Shown: positions 1 to 8,330, numbered from the stretch's first letter. The stretch is 40,000 nucleotides of DNA from an uncultured delta proteobacterium (GCA_963815115.1 CAWFFN010000005.1:366948-406947), one strand, 5' to 3'. A program made the numbers and translations. Notes: generated from the sequence alone by a model not told the origin.

Positions 1-2674
1 TGTGGCCGGGGCTCCGCGGATCGCGCCACGAGATCTCGGGCCACTGGTTCCATGGGGCGGGACGACGATCGCCGATGAGGAAGCTGGCCAGCTCGTTCGC
101 GGCGCTGCGCTCGCCGAGGCACACGAGCGCGCCGACGATGCGCACCTCGTAGGCGGTGTAGTTCTTCCACGGAATCTCGCCGCCGCGCCGCTGCCGAAAG
201 CCGGTGAGGTACTTCGCGTACGTGTGCGCGGCGGCGTCGCGCGGCAGCGTGGGCAGCTCGCCGAGGAGCGAGATCGCGTTCGACGTCGCCGTCGGATCGA
301 AATCCGCCCACTCGACCGAGCCCGGCACGTAGTCGAGGCCCCGCACGGCGATCGTCGTCTCGAGCGACGCGCGCACGTGGGTGCGCATCGCGTCGCGCAG
401 CCCGCGCAGCCGCGCCGCCTCTGCCGCGTCGCCGCGGACGCCGGCCAGGTACGCGGCGTCGGCGAACGCGCGGATCGCCCAGAAGTCGTCCCAGTAGGCG
501 TGCACCGGGTGGGCGAGGTAGCCCTCGTGGCTCGCCGACTCGGGCAACAGGCCGCGAAACGCGCGCTTCTCGGGGGTGTCGTACTCGGCCGCGAGGCGCG
601 TCTCGCGCAGCCGCGCGAGGAAACCGACGGCCCGTTCCACCGACGGCCACAGCGAGTCGAGGAAAGCGCGGTCGGCCCCGAAGCGGACGCACTCGGTGAC
701 CGTGAAGACGAGCTCGCCGTGGCTGTCGTGCTCGACGAGCCAGTCGGGTCCGTTGTGGTCGACGATGCAGGGGACGTTGCCATCGTCCTTCTGATACGGG
801 GCGTACCAGCGCACGAACGCTTGCGCCGCGTCGGCGCACCCCATGCGCAGCAGCGCCGCCGCCATGATGGCGCCGTCGCGGATCCAGGAGCGCGTGTAAC
901 GGCGCGGTCCCGGCTGGAGCGCCGGGCCGTCGCGCAGGACGAGCACGTGCGCAACGGCCGTGCGCATCGTGTCGGCCCACGGACGAGCGCTCGCCGGCAG
1001 GCGGACGGTCACGCCGCCGAGCCGCTCGCGCCAATCCCGCCGGATGGTCTCCAGCGGCGGCGCCACCACGTCCATGTCCGCCATCGTGCCGAACGGGACC
1101 GCGAGGTGCACCTCCGCCGCGCCGCCCGCCGCCAGCGCGACGTCGAAGCGCAGCGCGCCCGAGGCGTAGCCGAACGCGTCGACGACGTGCGTCCGCGGCG
1201 GCACGTCGCCGCCGTGGAGGTGCGCGACGACGCCGCCCTGGTCGAAGGTCGCGGCGCCCGCGCCGTCGGCCGGCGTGAGCGCGACCACCGTGCGCGCGCC
1301 GTCGACGCGCAGCCCGCGAGCGGATGCCACGATCTCGCCGATCGAGCTCATGCCGCCGAGCGCGCCGAACGCCTGCCATGGCGGCGTCACCTGGAACGGA
1401 CGGCACGTGGCGAACAGCCGCACCGACTGCGCCGGTCCGTCGTGCTCGAGGCGATAGCGGACGAAGAGCACGGGTCGGTCGTCGACGCGCGCCGCGAACG
1501 CCGTGGTCCGCAGCACGAGCCCGCCGACGCGCCACACGGACGACGGGATCGGCAGCCAGCCGTCGTCGAGCTCCTGGCTCACCGCGGCGTCGGCCCACGT
1601 GACCAGGGCACCGTCGACGAACAGGAACGGCTCGAGCGAGAAGGTGCCGCGGTCGACCTCGATCCGGCCCTCCTCCTCGATGAGCGCGCAGGTGTCGCCG
1701 TCGGCGACGCCGATCGGCGTCCAGTAGCTCTGCTCGCCGACCTGGTAGCGGGGGCAATCGCCGCGCGGCAGGTCGGCCGCGACGGCGCGGAAGAAGCTGT
1801 CGATCGAGCGCGAGAACTCGTACGGACGGATCTCGATCCGCGACAGGCCGAGGCCGTCGCCGGCGCTCTCGTCGAGCTCGAGCCGCAAGTAGCGGGCCGA
1901 CGTGCCGGGCATGTAGACCCAGCTGCGGGCGGCGTCGGCGTGCGTGGTGGTGTGCGCCGTCTGCCAGGCGATCCCGTCGTTCGACGTCCGCACGCGGAAC
2001 GCGCGTGCGCGCCCGCCGTCTTCCCAGTGGAGGACGAGGCCGCCGTACTCGCGCTCGCCCTGGAAGTCGACGTCGAGCCACTGCGGCGCGGCGCCCTGGC
2101 TTCGCCAGCTCGTTGCCGGCGACGCCGTGAAGAGGTCGTCGGCCCCGTGCCCCGGCTGCGCGCTCGACGCACGCACCACGGGCGCGGCGCGGACCGTGCG
2201 GTCCTCGAAGCGCAGGTCGGCAAGCCAGACGCTGCCGCGGCCGCCGGGGCCGGCCGCGAGCGCGATCTCGATGGTGCCCACCTCCGAGATCGCTCCGCCG
2301 CCGGCGGGGCCCCACGCGAACTCGACCTGGCTCGAGCGGACGCGCATGGGTTGCCACTGCGGCGGCAGCGCGAGCGCCTCTTCACGGTACCACCACACGT
2401 TCTCGCCGCCCGGTGCAGCCAGCTTGATCTCCAGCCGATTGCGCGGACCGTCTCCCCGTAGCGCGAACGCGAGCGCCCAGGTCTCGGGCAGTTGCAGCGC
2501 CAGCTCCTTGCGCGCCACCACGAAGCCGCCGCCCCCGGCGAAATCGAAGTCGAGACGCATCGCGTTCCCGCCGTCGGGGCCGGGGTCCCGCCTGACATCG
2601 AGACGCGCCAGCCCGGAGGCGATCGGACGCCAGCCGGACAGGTCCGCGAAGTCGTCGCGCAGCAGATCGGCCAT
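1..2674 (-). CDS. Discoidin (F5/8 type C) domain-containing glycoside-hydrolase-like protein, 3' end outside window
   Basis: Absent from the ORF track because it has no stop inside the window. Manual minus-strand translation from ATG 2674 is open to nt 1 with strong GC3 bias: MADLLRDDFADLSGWRPIASG... It has a discoidin signature (QWLDVDFQGEREYGGLVLHWE..FRVRTSNDGIAWQT..ARYLRLELD), then a six-hairpin-glycosidase-like region (RRYTRSWIRDGAIMAAALL..YQKDDGNVPCIVD). An alternative in-frame ATG lies at 2725. Confidence 0.75.
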   Translation of the reverse strand, partial: MADLLRDDFADLSGWRPIASGLARLDVRRDPGPDGGNAMRLDFDFAGGGGFVVARKELALQLPETWALAFALRGDGPRNRLEIKLAAPGGENVWWYREEALALPPQWQPMRVRSSQVEFAWGPAGGGAISEVGTIEIALAAGPGGRGSVWLADLRFEDRTVRAAPVVRASSAQPGHGADDLFTASPATSWRSQGAAPQWLDVDFQGEREYGGLVLHWEDGGRARAFRVRTSNDGIAWQTAHTTTHADAARSWVYMPGTSARYLRLELDESAGDGLGLSRIEIRPYEFSRSIDSFFRAVAADLPRGDCPRYQVGEQSYWTPIGVADGDTCALIEEEGRIEVDRGTFSLEPFLFVDGALVTWADAAVSQELDDGWLPIPSSVWRVGGLVLRTTAFAARVDDRPVLFVRYRLEHDGPAQSVRLFATCRPFQVTPPWQAFGALGGMSSIGEIVASARGLRVDGARTVVALTPADGAGAATFDQGGVVAHLHGGDVPPRTHVVDAFGYASGALRFDVALAAGGAAEVHLAVPFGTMADMDVVAPPLETIRRDWRERLGGVTVRLPASARPWADTMRTAVAHVLVLRDGPALQPGPRRYTRSWIRDGAIMAAALLRMGCADAAQAFVRWYAPYQKDDGNVPCIVDHNGPDWLVEHDSHGELVFTVTECVRFGADRAFLDSLWPSVERAVGFLARLRETRLAAEYDTPEKRAFRGLLPESASHEGYLAHPVHAYWDDFWAIRAFADAAYLAGVRGDAAEAARLRGLRDAMRTHVRASLETTIAVRGLDYVPGSVEWADFDPTATSNAISLLGELPTLPRDAAAHTYAKYLTGFRQRRGGEIPWKNYTAYEVRIVGALVCLGERSAANELASFLIGDRRPAPWNQWPEISWRDPRSPGH

Positions 2675-2770
2675 GAGCCGCGCGAGCCCTAGACGACGCC
2701 TGCGCGGCAGGCAACCCGGTTCCATTCGCGGCGCGGCCGGGGAGTGCGCTAGACAGGGGCCGCGTCACCC

Positions 2771-4522
2771 ATGAGCCCCGTCGCCACCGGCTCCGACGAG
2801 AGCACTCATTCCCGGCAGACCTGGCGGCACTTCGTCGACGCGATCCGCAACCTCCTGACGAGCGAGGTCCGCGGCAGGGCGATCTTCCTGTGCGTGTCGC
2901 TCCTCCTCATCTTCCTCGCCATCAACGCCCTCAACGTCGTCAACAGCTACGTCGGCCGCGACTTCATGACGGCGATCGAGAGCAAGGACCGGGTGGGCTT
3001 CGCCCGCTACGCGCTGTTCTATGTCCTGGTGTTCGCGGCCTCGACGGTGACCGCGGTGCTGGCGAGCTACACCCAGGATCTCCTCGGGCTGCTGTGGCGC
3101 GACTGGCTCACGCGGCGGACCGTGAACATCTATCTCACCGATCGCTCCTACGTACGCGTGCAGATGCCGGGCGGGTTGCAGAATCCCGACCAGCGCATCT
3201 CCGAGGACATCCGCACCTTCGTCACGATGACGCTGTCGGTGAGCCTCATGCTGCTCAACGGCTCCATCACCGTCGTCGCGTTCTCGAGCGTGCTGTGGTC
3301 GATCAGCCGGAAGCTGTTCGCGGTCGGCCTCCTCTATGCGGCCGTCGGCTCGGTGGCGACCGTCCTCCTCGGCCGCCGGCTGGTGTCGCTCAACTACATC
3401 CAGGCCGACCGCGAGGCCGACTTCCGCGCGCAGCTGATCCACGTCCGGGAGAACGCCGAGTCGATCGCGCTGCAGCATCGCGAGGCGCGCCTGCTGAGCC
3501 GGCTCATCGATCAGATCGCCGCGCTGATCGGCAACCAGCGCCTCATCATCAACGTCTCGCGCAACGTCGGCTTCTTCACGACCGGCTATAACTACATGAT
3601 CCAGATCATCCCCGCGCTGATCGTCGCGCCGATGTTCATGCGTGACGACGTGCAGTTCGGCGCGGTCACCCAGGCGGCGATGGCGTTCTCGACCCTGCTC
3701 GGTGCGTTCTCGCTCGTGGTGACGCAGTTCCAGACGATCACCTCGTATGCCGCCGTCATGGCCCGGCTGAACGTGCTGGTGGACGCGCTCACGCCCGACG
3801 GAGTGCCCAGGGAGATCACGGTCGTCGAGGACGGCGAGCGGGTGGCGTGGGAGCACCTCACGCTGCGTGCGCCACGCGACGGGCGGCCCCTCGTGCGCGA
3901 TCTCAGCGTCGACACGCCGCGACGCATCCGGCTGCTCGTGCGTGGCCGGGACAACGCCGCGCGCACCGCGCTCGTCCACGCCACCGCCGACATCTTTCAC
4001 CACGGGGAAGGCCGCATCATCCGGCCGCCGCTCGGCCACCTGGCCTTCCTGCCCGAGCGGCCGTACCTGCCGCCGGGGACGCTCCGTGAGGTGCTGGTCG
4101 GCGAGCTCGACGGAGGCGCCGTCGGCGACGAGGAGCTGCTGCGCGTGATCGGCCTGCTCCGCGCCGAGCGGGTGCTGGAGCACGTCGGGGGGCTCGATCG
4201 TGAGGAGGACTGGGACGAGGCGCTGTCGCTGCGCGAGCAGGAGCTGATCGCCGTCGGGCGCGTGATCGTCTCGCGGCCGACGTTCGTGATCCTCCACAAC
4301 CCGAGCCGCACGCTCGATCGCGACCACATCGAGATCGCGCTGAAAGCGCTCTGCGAGTGCTCCGTCACCTGCATCACGTTCACGGGCACCGACGAGGAGG
4401 ACGACCACATTGCGGCGCACGACGCGCTCCTCGAGCTCGCGGTCGACGGGAGCTGGAGCTGGAAGCCGATCCGCGACGGCGTCGTCGTCGAGGGCGAGGC
4501 GCGGCAGGCGGGCGTGCCGTGA
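2771..4522 (+). CDS. ABC transporter permease/ATPase-like fusion, SbmA/BacA-YddA type, with degenerate nucleotide-binding domain
   Basis: 583-aa ORF. The N-terminal half is a six-helix TMD with family motifs (NPDQRISEDIRTF, ADFRAQLIHVRENAESIAL). The C-terminal half aligns to an ABC NBD, but Walker A, Q-loop, signature, Walker B and H-loop are all substituted (see finding). Confidence 0.85.
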   Translation: MSPVATGSDESTHSRQTWRHFVDAIRNLLTSEVRGRAIFLCVSLLLIFLAINALNVVNSYVGRDFMTAIESKDRVGFARYALFYVLVFAASTVTAVLASYTQDLLGLLWRDWLTRRTVNIYLTDRSYVRVQMPGGLQNPDQRISEDIRTFVTMTLSVSLMLLNGSITVVAFSSVLWSISRKLFAVGLLYAAVGSVATVLLGRRLVSLNYIQADREADFRAQLIHVRENAESIALQHREARLLSRLIDQIAALIGNQRLIINVSRNVGFFTTGYNYMIQIIPALIVAPMFMRDDVQFGAVTQAAMAFSTLLGAFSLVVTQFQTITSYAAVMARLNVLVDALTPDGVPREITVVEDGERVAWEHLTLRAPRDGRPLVRDLSVDTPRRIRLLVRGRDNAARTALVHATADIFHHGEGRIIRPPLGHLAFLPERPYLPPGTLREVLVGELDGGAVGDEELLRVIGLLRAERVLEHVGGLDREEDWDEALSLREQELIAVGRVIVSRPTFVILHNPSRTLDRDHIEIALKALCECSVTCITFTGTDEEDDHIAAHDALLELAVDGSWSWKPIRDGVVVEGEARQAGVP

Positions 4523-4549
4523 CGCGTCCGCGGTCCCGTGTGGCTCGAG

Positions 4550-4696
4550 AGCGGTTTCAAGGGTGTTTCAAGGGGCCTGTTCGGCGCAGGCTGAACATGA
4601 CCCCCCACCCCACCCGTTCGGACATCTCTACTTCGGGGAAAGGCGGACATTTCCACTTTGTGTTGACATCCATGGATCGTCGCCCTCTGATGGGAG
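4550..4696. repeat. Intergenic repeat, copy A (long form)
   Basis: Shares the blocks AGCGGTTTCAA, GTTCGGCSCAGG, ACCCCCCAYCCC and GGATCGTCGCCCTCYGATGGGAG, in the same order and orientation, with 6291-6374. It also contains an 11-nt tandem duplication (GTTTCAAGGGT/GTTTCAAGGGG, 4554-4575) and an extra segment of about 50 nt carrying TTGACA (4663-4668). Confidence 0.6.
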
Positions 4697-4775
4697 AGCG
4701 CCGGGGAACAGTCGCCCAGTGACGGACTCGGGCGTCCTTGTAGGCGGGCTGCGGTTCGGTGTACTCCGCCGCGCT

Positions 4776-5258
4776 ATGACGGTGCGCGGAGCGTTCCTGG
4801 TGGCGGCGTTTGCGATCGGATTGCTGGGCGGCGTCGCCGAGCGCGCCTCGGCGGAGTGGGTCGTCGATGCGAGGGGCAAGTGCGTGGAGCGATGGTCACC
4901 GGGATCGCTACTGCGCGGCCCGACGGCGATGCTGATGGCACCCACGGCGCCATTCCGCCACGCGGCGGGCGTGTTCAGCTACGAGCCGCCGAACCCGGGC
5001 GCGGGCAAGGAGGGGTTCGATCCCTGGGGGCCGGTGACGGCGGTCCTCGCCGGCACCGTCGGCGTCCTCGACAGCGGCGTGTGGCTCGGCACCGGACTGG
5101 CAGACACGGTCACCGGCGGTTACTTCGCTATCGCGCCCCATCGCGCCACGCAGCTCAGCCTGGACCCGCTGATCCCGCTCCTGATGTCGGAGGGACAACG
5201 GAACGCGATCGAGGCGAAGCGCCCGGATCCGTGCGGCCGTATCGGGGCGCCCTCCTGA
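4776..5258 (+). CDS. Hypothetical secreted protein
   Basis: Internal ATG of ORF 4410..5258. It starts with a signal-peptide-like N-terminus, MTVRGAFLVAAFAIGLLGGVAERASA/EW. GC3 bias is good. I recognise no family motif. Confidence 0.55.
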   Translation: MTVRGAFLVAAFAIGLLGGVAERASAEWVVDARGKCVERWSPGSLLRGPTAMLMAPTAPFRHAAGVFSYEPPNPGAGKEGFDPWGPVTAVLAGTVGVLDSGVWLGTGLADTVTGGYFAIAPHRATQLSLDPLIPLLMSEGQRNAIEAKRPDPCGRIGAPS

Positions 5259-5284
5259 CGGCGGCTGCCCGAGGAGATGAAACG

Positions 5285-6124
5285 ATGCACACGTCACAGC
5301 GCGTGACGGTCGAGGCGCAGGTGAACTACCTGACTCCGATGGCGGAGAAGCCGGTCAACTACACGTTCCGGCCGCCGCCCGGGGTGCCCTTGCGCAGCGG
5401 CCGACCGGAGCCCCATCGCATCGAGGTGCGCAATGCCCGGACGCTCGCCGCGCGGCCCTCCCTGGACGAGCAGGGCTTCGCACTGGTCACCCGCGGGACG
5501 TCGGTCGGGAACTTCCACGACGCGGCCGAGGTGTGCTCGGTCTACTATCCGGAGATCGAGGCGCTCCTGAAGGCGGCCACCGGCGCCGCCGAAGTCGTGG
5601 TCTTCGACCACACGCTGCGCTCGGCATCCGCCGAGCAGCGTGCCGCGACGGGGATCCGGGAGCCCGTGCGGTACGTGCACAACGACTATACCGCCCTGTC
5701 CGGCCGCCAACGGGTGACCGATCTCCTCGAGCCCGCACACGCTGCCGAGCGCCTGAAGGGCCGCCACGCGGTGATCAATGTCTGGCGATCCATCCACCGG
5801 CCGGTCGAGCAAGCACCGCTGGCGGTCTGCGACGCCCAATCGATCGCGCCGGAGGACCTGGTGGCCACCGACCTCATCTATCGGGATCGCATCGGCGAGG
5901 TGTACTCCCTCACCCACAACCCGCGCCATCGCTGGTTCTACTACCCCGCGATGGCTCCGGACGAAGCCCTGCTCATCAAGACGTACGATTCGCTCGAGGA
6001 CGGTCGGGCGCGCTTCACCGCGCATACGGCCTTCGACGACCCGAACACGCCGCCCGATGCGGCGCCACGTGAGAGCATCGAGGTCCGGGCGCTCGTCTTC
6101 TACCCGGCCGCCGCCCGGTCGTGA
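5285..6124 (+). CDS. CmcJ/NvfI-family oxidoreductase-like protein
   Basis: ATG 5285 is preceded by GAGGAG. Family-typical blocks are present: LDEQGFAL, VVVFDHTLR, VHNDYTALSG, INVWRSI, PLAVCDA, HRWFYYPAM, LLIKTYDS, PRESIEVRALVF. Confidence 0.8.
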   Translation: MHTSQRVTVEAQVNYLTPMAEKPVNYTFRPPPGVPLRSGRPEPHRIEVRNARTLAARPSLDEQGFALVTRGTSVGNFHDAAEVCSVYYPEIEALLKAATGAAEVVVFDHTLRSASAEQRAATGIREPVRYVHNDYTALSGRQRVTDLLEPAHAAERLKGRHAVINVWRSIHRPVEQAPLAVCDAQSIAPEDLVATDLIYRDRIGEVYSLTHNPRHRWFYYPAMAPDEALLIKTYDSLEDGRARFTAHTAFDDPNTPPDAAPRESIEVRALVFYPAAARS

Positions 6125-6290
6125 GCATCCAGCCATCGGGTGGCGGCGGTCTTCGTGGCAACCGCCGCCGGGAGTTCGATTGGCGCTCGCTGTCGACAAT
6201 CAGGGCTGCGCTCCGAGACTACTGCCGGTCGATGCGGCCGGACAAGCCCAGCCTATGGTAAGAGCGGGTCCGTCCTGGAGGGGGGCAGAT

Positions 6291-6374
6291 AGCGGTTTCA
6301 ACGGGCGTGTTCGGCCCAGGTGGATATAACCCCCCATCCCGGACGTTCGCTGGATCGTCGCCCTCCGATGGGAG
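6291..6374. repeat. Intergenic repeat, copy B (short form)
   Basis: Same ordered sequence blocks as 4550-4696. It lies between convergent genes (the + gene ends at 6124, the - gene ends at 6520). Confidence 0.6.
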
Positions 6375-6519
6375 CCCTGACAGCCATCCGCACGGCGTGA
6401 CTACCAGCTCGCGACCCTTCCGTAGCGAGGACGCGTACGTCGCCGACACCGGCGGTGGTCGTGTCCAGAAGTTCGGGTGTCCCTAGCTCATCCGGGCCTA
6501 CCGGCCGCCGCCGTCATCG

Positions 6520-7122
6520 TCACGAGATGGGGTGACCAGGGGGGTGGACATTCGGCTGACAAGAACAGGTTCCCGGGGGCAAGGATCCCTCCGGCACGCA
6601 GTGGTACCCTGGGGAGCAAGCGCCGCCGCATTGCGGGTAGAGCACCGGTCCGCAGGGTGGCAGCGTCGTCGTGGTGGTCGTCGACGTGGTGGTGGGCGTC
6701 TGGCACGTCGATCCGCCCGCGGAGGGCGCGCAGACGAGGCCAACACAGCACGACGTCGACCCGCAGGAATCGCCGGCGGCCACGCAATCGCCGGGCTCGG
6801 CGACCACGAGCCCCATGACGATCGCGTCGACGTGCGCTTCGACCGCCGCGACGTCGCCGGTCGTGCGACATCCACCCTTCGCCTCCGCCGCCGCGAATGC
6901 CGCCGTGAACCGCTGATCGGCTTTCGCGAGACAGGTATCGTCGACGGGCACGCTCACCTTGACGGACTTGCCCCAGCACGCGAGCTTCGCGACGGCCTTC
7001 TTGCTCGCCGCGGTGAGCTTGGCGGCGGCGCATGTGTCGGCGGGGGTCGCAGCGGCAGCCACGCGGGCCAGCACGAGGATCGCGGTGAGGATCGAGCGGA
7101 GCGCTGGACGTGTCGTGCGCAT
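6520..7122 (-). CDS. Secreted protein: 4-Cys helical N-module, knottin-like Cys module, poly-Thr linker, second Cys-rich module
   Basis: Start is MRTTRPALRSILTAILVLARVAAAA (signal peptide) at ATG 7122 inside ORF 6520..7455. The upstream part of that ORF is Arg-rich junk. The product is 200 aa with 16 Cys. Confidence 0.7.
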   Translation of the reverse strand: MRTTRPALRSILTAILVLARVAAAATPADTCAAAKLTAASKKAVAKLACWGKSVKVSVPVDDTCLAKADQRFTAAFAAAEAKGGCRTTGDVAAVEAHVDAIVMGLVVAEPGDCVAAGDSCGSTSCCVGLVCAPSAGGSTCQTPTTTSTTTTTTLPPCGPVLYPQCGGACSPGYHCVPEGSLPPGTCSCQPNVHPPGHPIS

Positions 7123-7133
7123 GGCAATCCCCG

Positions 7134-8330
7134 TCAGTTGGTGGCGCAGCCGAATATCGACTGGCCGGTCGAGGGCCAGACGTACATGCCGACGAAGCAT
7201 TGCTCGGAGTCGACGGACTCGCCGAAGAATATCGTGTGGCCCGTCGCGTTGACGTAGGTGCAGATCGTCTGGACGGCGTCCCCGGCGTGCACCGGGAACG
7301 ACGTCGGCAAGACGAGCTGATCGCCGAGTGTGTACGGTGCATCGAGGACCGTCTTCGGCACGGCGCCCGTGGTGATCACCATTTTCACATGGGTGCCCCT
7401 GGCATGGAGATGCGGCCACAGCCCCACGACCTGCGTCTCGTCCAGCCAGCTGCACCCGCCGGACGCCGTGTGCGGCATGCCGTCACTCGGGATCGAGATG
7501 TTGAACGTCCCGGTGAGCACCAGGGCGGCATCGTCGAGCACGCTCGACGCCGGGCCGGTGCGGACGAGCACCCCCGCGATTCCGTTCGCGGGCACGGCCG
7601 CGTCGTTCGCGAGAGACACGTTCAGGTTGACGTAGTCGCCCGCATGCAGATGCACGCCGACGCCCAGCGGGAAGGCGAAGTCGTCCGTGCCGATTCCCGA
7701 CGCGAAGATCAGCCGATCGTCGAGGCTTCCCGCGTTGCAGTCGTAGTCGCCGAGCGGTGCCGAGGTGGACGACGACACGGTGACGAGCATCTCGAACACG
7801 CCCGTCGGAGACACTGGACGGAACGCCTTGATGTACACGTCCGACGGAACCCGAACCCGCCGGCACTGGAATCGCTGGGACCCCGGCAGGGTCGACCAGG
7901 AGCGCCCGACCAGCAGGCGCCAGTCGCCGTCGGGGCCGCCGGGCTCGCCGGCCACGAGCATGGTGACGCCGTCATCGACGTCGGACGCGATGGTCGTCGC
8001 ATCGCCGCTCCTGGCGCACCCGCCTTTCGCGTCGGCCTTGACGAAGGCGGTCGTGAGCTTCTCCTCCGCCTTCAGCAGGCACGCGATGTCGACCGGCCGC
8101 GCCCTCTTGACGGCGCTCGTGTAGCACTTGAGCTCGCCCGCCGTTCCTTTGCCCGCGGCATTGAGCTTGGCCGCGGCGCAGGTCCCCTGCGGCGTCGTCG
8201 CGGCGCGCGCGACGTCCGGGGACAGCGTCCAGGCGGCGAGGACGACGACGGCCGCCGTGGCGTGTCGGACCGCATCGATCGATGTCGCGCGGTCGCGGGT
8301 GACGATCCGGGATGCTCGCCTGAAGGTCAT
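7134..8330 (-). CDS. Secreted protein: the same 4-Cys N-module fused to a PHM/DBH-like (copper monooxygenase fold) domain
   Basis: Start is MTFRRASRIV...AAVVVLAAWTLSPDVARA at ATG 8330 inside ORF 7134..8411. The C-terminal blocks WPHLHARGTHV and CTYVNATGHTIFFGESVDSEQCFVGMYVWP resemble the PHM C-domain (HTHHLG, DEMCNLY). Confidence 0.7.
   Translation of the reverse strand: MTFRRASRIVTRDRATSIDAVRHATAAVVVLAAWTLSPDVARAATTPQGTCAAAKLNAAGKGTAGELKCYTSAVKRARPVDIACLLKAEEKLTTAFVKADAKGGCARSGDATTIASDVDDGVTMLVAGEPGGPDGDWRLLVGRSWSTLPGSQRFQCRRVRVPSDVYIKAFRPVSPTGVFEMLVTVSSSTSAPLGDYDCNAGSLDDRLIFASGIGTDDFAFPLGVGVHLHAGDYVNLNVSLANDAAVPANGIAGVLVRTGPASSVLDDAALVLTGTFNISIPSDGMPHTASGGCSWLDETQVVGLWPHLHARGTHVKMVITTGAVPKTVLDAPYTLGDQLVLPTSFPVHAGDAVQTICTYVNATGHTIFFGESVDSEQCFVGMYVWPSTGQSIFGCATN

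Noticed and set aside
2-2461. 819-aa plus-strand ORF, the longest at the left edge
   Set aside because: It is the antisense shadow of the real minus-strand discoidin/glycosidase-like gene. The composition is Arg/Ala/Asp/Glu-rich and repetitive, with no recognisable motif, while the opposite strand gives clean domain signatures.
2765-4420. 551-aa minus-strand ORF opposite the ABC fusion gene
   Set aside because: Antisense shadow. It is low-complexity and rich in Arg/Asp/His, whereas the plus frame encodes obvious transmembrane helices and ABC family motifs.
4410-5258. Full 282-aa version of the ORF upstream of the small secreted protein
   Set aside because: The first 122 codons run through the intergenic repeat element and give Arg/Ser-rich junk. 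A signal-peptide-like start occurs at ATG 4776.
4628-6449. Minus-strand ORFs 4628..4945 and 6219..6449, which share the peptide LPSEGDDP
   Set aside because: The shared peptide is the translation of the duplicated nucleotide block GGATCGTCGCCCTCYGATGGGAG. The surrounding translations are unrelated and low-complexity, so this is a DNA repeat, not a protein family.
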